Shown: one piece after another, positions 43,488 through 53,457 of the stretch
Layout: each line of letters begins with the position of its first letter
Position numbering within the stretch: position 1 is the first letter of the stretch
Source of the DNA: Deltaproteobacteria bacterium
Lineage (GTDB): Bacteria > Myxococcota_A > UBA9160 > SMWR01
Assembly: GCA_019310425.1 (NCBI GenBank)
Contig: JAFDEI010000003.1
Coordinates: forward strand, 9,221 to 73,220
Direction: 5' to 3'
DNA: 64,000 bases
The notes under the pieces: generated by a model
Database searches by the model: none
Seen by the model: only the letters and a program-made list of their open reading frames with translations
What the model was told of the DNA's origin: nothing
Translations under genes and position numbers: made by a program

Positions 43488-45934
43488 GTGCCATGACACG
43501 CGGGTCCGTGTTTGCCCTGCTGACGGCGGTCGTGCTCGCCACACCGGTGGGCGCCGCGCCGCTGATCGTCAACGAATTCAATGCGGTCAGCGGGAGCAAC
43601 TACCTCAACTTCGGCAACGCAACGACCGATGGCGACGGCAATTCGATCAACCCGCCCGAGGGAGAGGTGCCTGCGGCCGCTGATACGTATTTCGGACGCA
43701 TCGAGGGTAACGGCGGCGATTGGATCGAACTGGTCGTGGTCGCCGACCACCTCGACATCCGCGGCTGGACACTCGACATCTGCAACGGCGGCGTTTGCGG
43801 TGGTGACCAGCTGACGTTCGCGAACCACATCGTCTGGGCGGACCTGCGCGCGGGCACGATCATCACGGTCGCCGAAGACGAGCCGACCGATCTTTCGTTC
43901 GATCCCGGCTCCGGTGACTGGTGGATGAACGTCCAGGCGCAGAACGGCGGACCGGGCAGCTACATCACTGCGAGCAACTTCCCAGTCAATGAAGTCGACT
44001 GGAAGATGTCGATTCTCGACGACAGCGCAAACGTCGTCTACGGGCCGATCGGCGAACACGTGCCCGAAGACCCGATCGCAGGCTGCTTCCCGCCGCAGGA
44101 CAATCTGAACGCCGGCGAGATCTTCCGGCTCGAAGAGGCACCGAGCGCGCTCGTCGATCCCTGCATCCCCACGCTCAACGACTACGAGGACGGCGTGCTC
44201 AGCACCTTCGGCTCCCCGAACCGGTGGAACAGCGGCTTCGCCACACAGGGCTTCGACGCCCTGCGCAACCTCGAATCGTTCCCGGACCGCGACGGCGACC
44301 AGATTCCCGATGACGGCGACCGCTCGGGGATTGCGGGCGACACGCCGTGCGTGGGCGGCGCGACCGCGGGTTGCGACGACAATTGCGCCGGAATCCAGAA
44401 CGCCGCACAAGCCGATTCCGGCGGGCCCGGCGGTGCGGACGGCATGGGTGACGTCTGCCAATGCGGCGACCCGACCGGCAACGACGACGTGACGGCGGCG
44501 GACATTCTGGAGCTGCGCGAACTCCAGATCGGGCTCCGTACCGAGTTGACGCGGCCCGAACGTTGCAGCGTGCATTCCGACGGGCAGTGCAGCCTCACCG
44601 ATCTGGTCGTGCTCGACCGAACCATCGGGAACCCGTCGTCGGATCCGGGCCTTGCGCCCACCTGCCAGGCCGCGGCGCTGCACAGCGACCAATCGGACTT
44701 CATGTTCGACCCCAACCGTCTGATCGAAGTGAACCTTCGGATGTCGCAGGCCGACTGGGACGCGATGCGGGTCGAAGAACTCAACGTGTTCGGCCTGATC
44801 ACATCGCCGCTGTGCGGCACTGCGCCGTTCCGCGACCTCGGCCCGCCGTACAACTTCTACGACACCGAAGTCACCGTCGACGGCAAGACGCTGATGAACG
44901 TGGGCGTGCGCAAGAAGGGTTTTCTCGGATCGCTGTCTACCACCAAACCGTCGCTCAAGATCAAGTTCGACGAAATCGTCGGCCAGGAGAAAAGCAGCGG
45001 CCAGCAGCTCAACAGCATGGACCGGATGACGTTGAACAACAACAAGCAGGACACGACCCACGTCACCCAGTGCCTCGGCTACGACCTGATGCGCCAGGCG
45101 GGGGTTCCCGCGCCGCGCTGCAACTTCGCGCACGTGACCGTCGTCGCGATCGACGGCCCCACCGAGACGACCGTCGTGGACGGGCTCTACAGCCATATCG
45201 ACAGCATCAAGGATCCGTTCTTGCGCAGGAACTTCGGCAGCGATTCCGATCAGGGCCGGCTCTACGAGGGCACCTTGTCGGACTTCTGGCCCGGTTCGTT
45301 CCGCGGCACCATCGAGGCCAAGACCCAGACCGCGGCTGACGACACCAGCGAGATCGACGCACTCACGACCGCCTTGGAAGACCCCGCGTTGACCGACGCA
45401 CAACGGCTCACTGCGATCCAGGGGCTGGTCGATGTCGACGACTTCCTGAGGTTCTGGGCCGCCGAGGGACTGATTGGCCACTGGGACGGCTACGTGGACG
45501 ACCAGAACAATTTCTGGTTCTACGTCGACCCGGCAAACGACGAAGACCTGATCCGGTTCATTCCGTGGGGCATCGACGACACGTTCGGTCCGGGTAATGC
45601 GCTTCCCTGGCGCAGCGGCGACCCGACACATGCAGAGGCGATCGTGCCGCGATCGGCGCTGGCTCGCCGTCTGTACGAGAACAGCGTCACGAAACTTCAG
45701 TATCTCGCGGAGCTTCAGAACCAGTTGGACAACGTCTGGAACGAAGCGGCGATCCACGCGGAGATCAACCGCATGGAGGCGTTGATCACGCCGATCACCG
45801 GCAGCCTGACCACCGAACTCAACCAGCTGCGAACCTGGGTGGATGACCACCGCGCGCTCGTCCAGGCCGAGATCAACTCACCCCCGACGGGGTTCGCCGG
45901 ACAGCCGACTCATTTCTGCATCCTCAATCCGTAG
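43484..45934 (+). CDS. Secreted CotH kinase family protein with an N-terminal lamin-tail (LTD) domain and Ca-binding/dockerin-like repeats
   Basis: The signal is MSAMTRGSVFALLTAVVLATPVGA. The LTD-like region is LIVNEFNAV...GGDWIELVVVADHLDIRGWTL. Acidic repeats are DRDGDQIPDDGD and CQCGDPTGNDDVTAADILEL. The CotH core is VGVRKKGFLGSLSTTKPSLKIKFD, LNNNKQDTTHVTQCLGYDLMRQAGVPAPR, GLYSHIDSIKDPFLRRNF, and WDGYVDDQNNFWFYVDP...FIPWGIDDTF. Confidence 0.8.
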   Translation: MSAMTRGSVFALLTAVVLATPVGAAPLIVNEFNAVSGSNYLNFGNATTDGDGNSINPPEGEVPAAADTYFGRIEGNGGDWIELVVVADHLDIRGWTLDICNGGVCGGDQLTFANHIVWADLRAGTIITVAEDEPTDLSFDPGSGDWWMNVQAQNGGPGSYITASNFPVNEVDWKMSILDDSANVVYGPIGEHVPEDPIAGCFPPQDNLNAGEIFRLEEAPSALVDPCIPTLNDYEDGVLSTFGSPNRWNSGFATQGFDALRNLESFPDRDGDQIPDDGDRSGIAGDTPCVGGATAGCDDNCAGIQNAAQADSGGPGGADGMGDVCQCGDPTGNDDVTAADILELRELQIGLRTELTRPERCSVHSDGQCSLTDLVVLDRTIGNPSSDPGLAPTCQAAALHSDQSDFMFDPNRLIEVNLRMSQADWDAMRVEELNVFGLITSPLCGTAPFRDLGPPYNFYDTEVTVDGKTLMNVGVRKKGFLGSLSTTKPSLKIKFDEIVGQEKSSGQQLNSMDRMTLNNNKQDTTHVTQCLGYDLMRQAGVPAPRCNFAHVTVVAIDGPTETTVVDGLYSHIDSIKDPFLRRNFGSDSDQGRLYEGTLSDFWPGSFRGTIEAKTQTAADDTSEIDALTTALEDPALTDAQRLTAIQGLVDVDDFLRFWAAEGLIGHWDGYVDDQNNFWFYVDPANDEDLIRFIPWGIDDTFGPGNALPWRSGDPTHAEAIVPRSALARRLYENSVTKLQYLAELQNQLDNVWNEAAIHAEINRMEALITPITGSLTTELNQLRTWVDDHRALVQAEINSPPTGFAGQPTHFCILNP

Positions 45935-45996
45935 CGAGACGTGGCGTTGGCCAGCTGCGGCCAACACACTGCTAGCGGGTAACGCGAAATCACGAG

Positions 45997-46425
45997 CTAA
46001 CCCAGCGGGCGCAGGTGGTTGTTCATCCAGTAGATCACCACGCCCGTGACCGAGATGTAGAGCCAGACCGGAAAGGTCCAGCGCGCGATCTTGCGATGTT
46101 CGACGAATCGCTCCTTGAAGCCCAGGAAGAACGTCCGGAGCGCAAGCGGCACCAACGTCACCGCGAGAATCGTGTGGCTGGTGAGGATCCACAGGAAGAG
46201 TGTCCGCACCCAGTCGTCGCCGGGGAAGCGGTGATGCCCCACCAGCACCCACTGGCTCACGTAGATGACCAGGAACAGCGCCGACACCCCCAGATTGACG
46301 ACCATCAGCCGCTTGTGGCGCTCGCGCAGGCCCCGCTTGATCGCCACCAGCGCGGTCACGAGCAGCGTCGCACTCACGGCATTCAGGCCCGCGAGCATCC
46401 TGGAGAGGGTTTCTGCTAGATCCAT
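45997..46425 (-). CDS. DUF420 family membrane protein
   Basis: I chose ATG 46425, after GGAGGAG. Motifs are LNAVSATLLVTALVAIKRG..HKRLM, ILTSHTILAV and HRKIARWTFPVWLYISVTGVVIYWM. Confidence 0.75.
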   Translation of the reverse strand: MDLAETLSRMLAGLNAVSATLLVTALVAIKRGLRERHKRLMVVNLGVSALFLVIYVSQWVLVGHHRFPGDDWVRTLFLWILTSHTILAVTLVPLALRTFFLGFKERFVEHRKIARWTFPVWLYISVTGVVIYWMNNHLRPLG

Positions 46426-46538
46426 GGCGGTGGCTCCTCCGCGACCGGTGTGCGGGCGCAATAGTAGCAATCGCATTTGTGACCGAACATCGGCAAACTC
46501 GACGCCGCATCGGGTCCGGCAGCGCGGCCCGCGAGCAG

Positions 46539-47924
46539 ATGGGGCACACCGTGACGCACGAACCGCACAGAGACGCCCCGGAGACGCTCCCGTCCTCGAC
46601 GAAGTTCGTCTACTCGCTCGGAGACCACACCGTAAATCTGGTGCTGTCGGCGGCATCGCTGCTGTTCTTCAAGTTCCTCACCGATGTCGCAGAACTCCGG
46701 CCCGTGCTGGCGGGGGCGGTCGTCTGGATCGCTCGAGTGGTCGACGCGTTCAGCGACCCCGCGATGGGGCGGATCTCCGACCTCACCCGTTGGAAGGTCG
46801 GCCGTCGGCGCGGCTATTTCCTGCTCGGCGCGGTGCCGTTCGGCGTGTTCTTCGCACTGATGTGGCAAGACATTCCGCTGGCGAGCCAGGCCGGGAGATT
46901 CAGCTACTACGCGGGGGCGTACATCCTGACCAGCCTCGCGATGACGGTGCTCTCGATTCCCTACATGGCACTTCTGCCCGAGATGGCGAACAGCTACGAC
47001 GAGCGCACGTCATTCAATACCTACCGGTCGGCGGCGTCGGTGATCGGGACCTTCGCCGCAGTCGCGATGAAACCACTCGCCGAGGCGTTCGGCGGTGGAT
47101 CGGCGGGCTGGGCATCCGCGGGGGCGGTGGTCGGAGTCTGGCTGATACTGCCGTGGGTCGCGGTCTTCAAGGTCAGTTTCGAACGACCGGAATCCAGCCG
47201 CTCCGAGCCGCTCGCGTTTCGCGACGGCCTGCGTCTGATCGCGGCCCATACGAACTACCGCACGCTCGCGGCCTTCTTCATCCTCGCACGAATCGCAGTC
47301 GACCTGATCGGCGCGATGTTCCTGTTCTACTTCGTCGACTTCCTCGGTCGCGAAGGCGACTTCGAACCCACCATGTTCCTGTTCCTGTCGATCGTAGTGC
47401 TGTCGCTGCCGATTTGGCTCCGCGTAGCGAGGCGCCACGACAAGCGAACCATCTTCGTCGTCGGAGCGTCATGGTGGATCGGAGCCCAGTTCTTCATCTT
47501 CGCGGGTCAGCCCGACTGGCCGCGCTGGATGATGTTCGCGATCGCGTCGATGGCCGCGATCGGCTACGCAGTGGCCGACCTGATGCCCTGGTCGATGCTC
47601 GGAGACGTCATCGACGAGGACGAGCTCGCGTCCGGCGAACGCCGCGAGGGTGTCTATGTGGGATTCTTCACCTTTTTGCGCAAACTCGGTGGCGCGTCTG
47701 CCGTGTTGCTGATCGGATTCGTGCTCGATCTCGCGGGCTACTCGGGCGCGGCTGGCTCCGGCGGGCAGAGCGATGTCGCGGTACAAACGATCCGCGTGTT
47801 GACCTCGCTCGTGCCTGCGTTCTTCCTCGCGCTCGCAGTCGTGGTGGCGCTTCGCTACCCGTTGGGCCGCGCCGCTCACCAACGGGTGCTCGACCAGCTC
47901 CGAATGCGGGAACGTCCCCGCTGA
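46539..47924 (+). CDS. MFS-type transporter, GPH (glycoside-pentoside-hexuronide:cation symporter) family
   Basis: The sequence is YSLGDHTVNLVLSAASLLFFKFLTDV...WIARVVDAFSDPAMGRISDLTRWKVGRRRGYFLLGAVPFG, with 12 TM-like segments. The start is uncertain (46479 GTG or 46539 ATG). Confidence 0.8.
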   Translation: MGHTVTHEPHRDAPETLPSSTKFVYSLGDHTVNLVLSAASLLFFKFLTDVAELRPVLAGAVVWIARVVDAFSDPAMGRISDLTRWKVGRRRGYFLLGAVPFGVFFALMWQDIPLASQAGRFSYYAGAYILTSLAMTVLSIPYMALLPEMANSYDERTSFNTYRSAASVIGTFAAVAMKPLAEAFGGGSAGWASAGAVVGVWLILPWVAVFKVSFERPESSRSEPLAFRDGLRLIAAHTNYRTLAAFFILARIAVDLIGAMFLFYFVDFLGREGDFEPTMFLFLSIVVLSLPIWLRVARRHDKRTIFVVGASWWIGAQFFIFAGQPDWPRWMMFAIASMAAIGYAVADLMPWSMLGDVIDEDELASGERREGVYVGFFTFLRKLGGASAVLLIGFVLDLAGYSGAAGSGGQSDVAVQTIRVLTSLVPAFFLALAVVVALRYPLGRAAHQRVLDQLRMRERPR

Positions 47925-47936
47925 AGCAGGTGCCCG

Positions 47937-49241
47937 ATGCCCCAGACCGAACGGACCCGACCGGTGAGCGAGAAGCGCAGGCTGTTCTTCGGCTGGCGCA
48001 TGGTGGCCGTCGCGTTCGTGGTCGACTTCATCGCGGTCGGCTTCTTCTTCTATTCGTACGGGATCTTCCTGAAGGGGATCAGCGCCGACCTGGCCGGCTC
48101 CCGCTTCGCGGCCTCGCTCGGGATCTCGATCGCGAACGGCATCGGCGCCCTCTTCTCGCCATTCATCGGTCGCGCACTGGACCGGCTCTCGATCAAACTC
48201 ATCATGATCGCGGGTGCGCTGCTCGTCGGCACGGGCTTCTTCGCGCTGTCCCTCACGACCGCGATGTGGCAGTTCTACGCCGTCATGGGCACGCTGCTCG
48301 CGTTCGGCATGTCGATGATGGGCGGCCTCGCATCCGCAAAGCTGGTCGCAAACTGGTTCGAAAAAAAGCGCGGCAAGGCGCTCGGCATCGCAACCATCGG
48401 CGTGTCGTTTTCGGGCCTCATCATGCCGCCGTTCGCGACCTGGCTGGTCTACGAGCTGGGGTGGCGCGGAGGCTTCCAGGTCTACGCGGTACTCACGATC
48501 GCGATCACCGTGCCGCTGGTCGCCGCGTTCGTCGTCAATCGGCCCGAAGACAAGGGGCTCCTGCCCGACGGCGGGATGCGCGAGCCCCACCCCCCGCTGC
48601 GCGAAGTTCCACGCGACGTTCACTGGCGAACCCGCGAACTACTCCGCGATCGAAACTTCTGGGCCATCGCGATTCCGTTCGGGCTCGCCTTCTCGTCACT
48701 GTCCGCGGTGTTGATCCACCTGGTGCCCTATGCGAGCGACCTCGGCATCGCGAACCGACAGGCGGCGTGGATCGTATCCGCGGCTGCGGGAGCAGGCGCG
48801 CTCGGGAAACCCGTATTCGGTCACATGATCGACCGATTCGACGCACGCATCACGGTCTGTATCTCGTTCGGCGGCCAGCTACTCGGCCTGTTGCTGCTGA
48901 TGCGCGGCGGTGGATTCGAATCGGTTCTGGCCGCAGCGATGGTTTTCGGATTCTCGATGGGCGGCGTCGTTCCGATTCACGGGGCGGTGACGGCGACCGC
49001 GTTCGGGCGGCTTTCGTTCGGCAAGGCGATGGGGTTGTTGCGACCCGTCCAGATCCCGATCCACATGCTCGGCGTGCCGCTCGCGGGCTGGATCTTCGAC
49101 TCCACCGGCAGCTACCGGATCGCGTTCCAGATCTTCGCGGGCTTCTACGTCGTCGCGATCGCGGCCGCGGCGATGTTGCGGCTCGGCATCGAGAACCCGC
49201 AGCGCGGAGCCGATTCAGACGGCGAGACCCGCTCCGCGTAG
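47937..49241 (+). CDS. MFS transporter (oxalate/formate antiporter or monocarboxylate-like)
   Basis: 434 aa with about 12 TM segments. The sequence includes RRLFFGWRMVAVAFVVDFIAVGFFFYSYGIF...GRALDRLSIKLIMIAG. Confidence 0.8.
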   Translation: MPQTERTRPVSEKRRLFFGWRMVAVAFVVDFIAVGFFFYSYGIFLKGISADLAGSRFAASLGISIANGIGALFSPFIGRALDRLSIKLIMIAGALLVGTGFFALSLTTAMWQFYAVMGTLLAFGMSMMGGLASAKLVANWFEKKRGKALGIATIGVSFSGLIMPPFATWLVYELGWRGGFQVYAVLTIAITVPLVAAFVVNRPEDKGLLPDGGMREPHPPLREVPRDVHWRTRELLRDRNFWAIAIPFGLAFSSLSAVLIHLVPYASDLGIANRQAAWIVSAAAGAGALGKPVFGHMIDRFDARITVCISFGGQLLGLLLLMRGGGFESVLAAAMVFGFSMGGVVPIHGAVTATAFGRLSFGKAMGLLRPVQIPIHMLGVPLAGWIFDSTGSYRIAFQIFAGFYVVAIAAAAMLRLGIENPQRGADSDGETRSA

Positions 49242-50621
49242 GCTGTCGACCACGAGCCGACGAACGCCTGCGTGCGCCCGGAAGGTGACGTGCCCGCCCT
49301 GGTACCACTCGATGCGCGGCTCACCCCAATGCCGCCACAGATCCCGCGGTTGATCGGCCGGAACCAGCCGGTCACCGACGCCCGCGAAGATCGCACAGCG
49401 TTCCAGCGCGACCTTCCTCTCGAGGGCGAGCGGAGAAACCACGCTCAGCACCTCGCGGCTGCGCGCCTGGTCGATACCCTCGCGTTCCGCATCGCGGAGA
49501 TAGAGCGGCGGGCCGTGGCGAAACATGGCACGCGCGAAGTCGCAGAGCGGAACACCGAGGATCACGCACTGCAGATCCTGCTCGAGTGAGGCGAGTAACG
49601 CGGCGTTGTAGCCGCCGAGCGAGAGCCCGAGCACGCCGATGCCCGGGGCGCCCTGCATACGCACCCAGCCGAGCAGGCGACGGAGGTCCCACATCGCCTG
49701 GGCCTCGGCATGCACGGTGTCGAGCAGCTCACCGCCGATGAAGCCGTCGCCGCTGCGCTTGCCGACGCGACGCGCACCGTGCAACGGCAACGTGGGCACG
49801 ATCATGTTGAGCCCGAGCCGCTCGTGGAAGTACTCCGGCGCAAATGCAGCCAGATCGACCAGCGGGAAGCCCATTCGGTAGCCGTGAATGCAGACGAGCC
49901 AGGGCCGCGGGCCGTCGTCATGACGCAGCACCCAGGCGTGGGCGCGGCGGTTCGCGCCGTACGCAAGCCAGCGGTCGCGCCCGGGCTCATCCGCGTGCGG
50001 CTCGAATTCGCTGTCGAAGCTCAGGTGTTCGAATTCGACCCGACGCGCGCTGGCTACTCGAATTTCGGGATTCGCGAGCGCGGGAGGGTCCTGATGGTAG
50101 GCCGCCGGGTTCTCGAGCCATCCGCGCGCGGCATACAGCGCGCGCGCAGCGGACAGCTCCGAATCGATCCTCGCGTGGTCGCCCGACCGGGGCAGCGGGT
50201 TCGTGAGCAACATCATCGACAGCAACGCCTCGTCACACGCAACCTGGAGCGACAATGCGTGCGAGGACTCCGCCTCGGGGACGCCTTCGACGGGTAGTTC
50301 GATCCGAAGCGAATGCGCGCCGGCCGCCACCGCAGCGGCGAGACTTGCGAAGATCAACAGTAGCCCGGGGAAGAAACCGACCGCGAACAGGGCCGGGATC
50401 GCGACGACCGCACCGACGAAGCCCCCGAGCGCCGCGAACTGGGTGATCCGGCGATCACCGGGCATCAGCAGCATCGAAACGCCCGATCCGAGCAGCAGGC
50501 AGCCCGGCGCGACCGAAAACAAGAAGCCCACCACTCCGTGCCACGGGGCATTCCACAGCCACAACAGGCCCGCGAACAGCGGTACCCAGGCTTCGGACGA
50601 AAATCGTGTTCGCTCGGCCAT
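49215..50621 (-). CDS. Membrane-anchored alpha/beta hydrolase
   Basis: The N-terminal ~110 aa has 3-4 TM segments. The C-terminal domain has the nucleophile elbow GLSLGG, GDRLVP (Asp) and GGHVTF (His). The 3-prime end overlaps the convergent MFS gene by 27 nt. Confidence 0.65.
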   Translation of the reverse strand: MAERTRFSSEAWVPLFAGLLWLWNAPWHGVVGFLFSVAPGCLLLGSGVSMLLMPGDRRITQFAALGGFVGAVVAIPALFAVGFFPGLLLIFASLAAAVAAGAHSLRIELPVEGVPEAESSHALSLQVACDEALLSMMLLTNPLPRSGDHARIDSELSAARALYAARGWLENPAAYHQDPPALANPEIRVASARRVEFEHLSFDSEFEPHADEPGRDRWLAYGANRRAHAWVLRHDDGPRPWLVCIHGYRMGFPLVDLAAFAPEYFHERLGLNMIVPTLPLHGARRVGKRSGDGFIGGELLDTVHAEAQAMWDLRRLLGWVRMQGAPGIGVLGLSLGGYNAALLASLEQDLQCVILGVPLCDFARAMFRHGPPLYLRDAEREGIDQARSREVLSVVSPLALERKVALERCAIFAGVGDRLVPADQPRDLWRHWGEPRIEWYQGGHVTFRAHAGVRRLVVDSLRGAGLAV

Positions 50622-50858
50622 GCCTTCCTCGTCGATTCGCCCGAACTCAGCGACCAGTACGCGTCACGAAGCACGGAGTTCGCAGCGGGCCCGGACGATA
50701 CCCTTGGCGCCACCGCCGACGCCACGGTCGCAGCCATTCGGTCTAGGAAAGCGCCCGACGCGCCCTACCGACGGCCCGGGAGTGAGCCGACGAGATGCGG
50801 GAGACACCTGGCGCCTCCCGAGCCATCGGATCGCGACGCAGTGGTAGACTGCTTCCCG

Positions 50859-53255
50859 ATGGCAGGGAACGTCGCCATGGTGGAATCGTTGCAGCGCGAG
50901 CCCGACTGGCCCGCGCTTGACGGACACAGTCCCGTCTTCCTGCTCGATGCGGCGAGCGCGCTCGAGCGGTCGCTGCTCAAAGCCTGGATCGAGCGCAAAC
51001 GCCCTCACGGTCTTGCGCTGGAATCACCGATTTCGATCTCGATCCCGTCCACGCGACGACGCAAGCATTCGCCGTCGCTCTCGGCCCTCGAAGCCCATCT
51101 TGCGGCGGGCTCGGACCCGCTCCTGATACCGCTGCGGGTGGCCTGGCTTCCGAAGCAGCGCAACGGAAAACGTGTGGTGCGGTTTTCCGACCTGCTCTCT
51201 TTCAGCGACCCCCGCGACCCGGACCCGCTGCGCGCGCGGCTGATCCTGCGCCGGGACCGCGACCGCTGTCGCATCGTCGCGGGTGAAGCCGCTCCCGTGA
51301 GCGAGCTGCGACGGCGTTGGCAGACCGCTGGGGGCGGCAATGCTGCAGAAACGACCGGGCTCGCGGAGTTCGTCGAGCGTCAAGCATGCTTGGCGCTCGA
51401 GCGCGCCGAACGGCGCTTGCGCGGCGCGCGCTACAAGGTGCCGCGGCTCGTTCACGAGAACATCCTCGGGCACCCCGCGTTCCGAGGCGGCCTGGCGGAG
51501 CTCGCACGCGAACTGGGGCGCAACGAAGCGGCGGTGGTGAACCAAGCCGCGCGCGACCTGCGCGAGATCGCCGCCACCCACAGCCCGTTCGTGATCGACC
51601 TCGTCGCCCATCTGATTCGGCTGCTCTACACCCAGGGCTACAGCAAGGCGCTCCGCTACCACCCCGAACAGCTGCGCGAGGTGGAATTGCTCGCACAGCG
51701 ACATCCGGTGGTCTTTCTGCCGTCGCACAAATCGAACCTCGACCACCTGGTGCTGCAATACGCGCTGCACGAAAACGGCCACCCCCCGAATCACACTGCG
51801 GGCGGCATCAACATGAACTTCTTTCCCATCGGCCCGCTGGTTCGCCGGAGCGGAACCTTCTTCATCCGCCGAAGCTTCCGCGACGATGCGATCTACAAGT
51901 TCGTCTTGCAACGCTACATCGACTACTTGATCGAGAAACGCTTCTCGCTCGAGTGGTACATCGAAGGCGGCAGATCACGCTCCGGAAAGCTGCTGCCGCC
52001 GCGCTACGGCATGCTGAATGCAGTCGTCGATGCCTACCGCCGCGGCAAGAGCGACGAGGTGGTACTGATCCCCACCTCGCTCGCGTACGACCAGATCTCC
52101 GACGTCGGGTCGTACGCGGCAGAGCAGAGCGGCGCGAAGAAGCAGAAGGAGGGCTTCGGCTGGCTGATCGGCACCATCCGCACGCTGCGCCGGCGCTACG
52201 GCCACGTCCACATTCGCTTCGGTGAACCGATCTTCCTGTCGAAAACGATCGAGACCAGCGGCACGGAGCCCCCGCCCGGTCTCGACGAGCGACATCTCGA
52301 AGTTCAAAAGCTCGCATTCGAGGTCGCGGTCCGGATCAATCGCGTCACCCCGATCACACCGACCTCGCTGGTCACGATGGCGCTACTCGGCGGCGGAGAT
52401 CGCGCGCTCAGCGAGGACGAGGTCGGCGACCAGCTCGCGAACCTGCTGTTCTACACCCGACGCCGGAATCTGCCCACCACCGGCGAGTTCGACCTCTACG
52501 ACCCGGAGAGCGCGCGTCGCACGCTCGCCGACCTGGTCGAGAACGGCGTCGTCACCCGCTACAGCGACGGCCCCGAGGACGTCTATCAGATCAAGGCAGA
52601 CCGGCAGCTCGACGCCGCCTACTACCGCAACAGCGTGATCCACTTCTTCGTCACGTCGGCGATCGCCGAACTCGCGCTGCTGCGAGCCGCCGAAGCCGCG
52701 GGCGCGGAAAGCCCTTCCGACGCGTTCTGGAGCGCAGCGATGGGCCTGCGCGACCTGCTCAAGTTCGAGTTCTTCTTCGTGGAGAAGGAGGCCTTTCGCG
52801 CCGACCTGCGCCGCGAACTCCAGATCCAGCACGCGGAGTGGCAGTCGTTGCTCGCGGGCGGCCCCGACGCAATCCTCGAGCTGCTGCGCAAGTTCCGGCC
52901 CTTCAGCGCACACCGCGTGCTACGGCCGTTCCTGGACGCGTACCGCCTCGTCGGCGACCAGCTCGAGCGACATAATCCCGACGAGCAATTCGACGAGGCC
53001 CGCTTCGTCTCGGCCTGCTGCGGACTCGGCCGGCAGTACCACCTCCAGCAACGAATCCGCAGTGCCGCGTCGATTTCACAGGTGATTCTGCGCACCGCAC
53101 TCGAACTCGCGAAGAACCGCCGGCTACTCGACCCGGCGCAGCCGGACCTCCCGCAACGGCGGCACGAATTCGCGAGCGAGATCCGTGACGCGATCCGCGG
53201 CGTCGACGCGATCGAAGCGCTGGCAGCGAGCCGCCGCGCGGGCATGATCGATTAG
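50859..53255 (+). CDS. plsB: Glycerol-3-phosphate acyltransferase
   Basis: The acyltransferase blocks are SHKSNLDHLVL (HX4D), GTFFIRRSF, YIEGGRSRSGKLL and IPTSLAYD. From ATG 50859 the product is about 798 aa, which matches the PlsB size as I recall it. 50877 is an alternative start. Confidence 0.85.
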   Translation: MAGNVAMVESLQREPDWPALDGHSPVFLLDAASALERSLLKAWIERKRPHGLALESPISISIPSTRRRKHSPSLSALEAHLAAGSDPLLIPLRVAWLPKQRNGKRVVRFSDLLSFSDPRDPDPLRARLILRRDRDRCRIVAGEAAPVSELRRRWQTAGGGNAAETTGLAEFVERQACLALERAERRLRGARYKVPRLVHENILGHPAFRGGLAELARELGRNEAAVVNQAARDLREIAATHSPFVIDLVAHLIRLLYTQGYSKALRYHPEQLREVELLAQRHPVVFLPSHKSNLDHLVLQYALHENGHPPNHTAGGINMNFFPIGPLVRRSGTFFIRRSFRDDAIYKFVLQRYIDYLIEKRFSLEWYIEGGRSRSGKLLPPRYGMLNAVVDAYRRGKSDEVVLIPTSLAYDQISDVGSYAAEQSGAKKQKEGFGWLIGTIRTLRRRYGHVHIRFGEPIFLSKTIETSGTEPPPGLDERHLEVQKLAFEVAVRINRVTPITPTSLVTMALLGGGDRALSEDEVGDQLANLLFYTRRRNLPTTGEFDLYDPESARRTLADLVENGVVTRYSDGPEDVYQIKADRQLDAAYYRNSVIHFFVTSAIAELALLRAAEAAGAESPSDAFWSAAMGLRDLLKFEFFFVEKEAFRADLRRELQIQHAEWQSLLAGGPDAILELLRKFRPFSAHRVLRPFLDAYRLVGDQLERHNPDEQFDEARFVSACCGLGRQYHLQQRIRSAASISQVILRTALELAKNRRLLDPAQPDLPQRRHEFASEIRDAIRGVDAIEALAASRRAGMID

Positions 53256-53457
53256 AGAGTTCGGGAGGCGACGACCGCCGCAGGCACCACCCTCGGCGAT
53301 GCTCTCATCGCCTTCACGCCTCCCTGATTCATCTTCCACATTAGATACTTACGGAACCTCGAAGAAATTTCTCCGAACCCGTGAAGCAGTTCATAGGGAT
53401 CCCGGGCGTAGGTAGCGATGCTTCCAGTCGTCAAACGAAGGAAACGAAAACCAAGCC

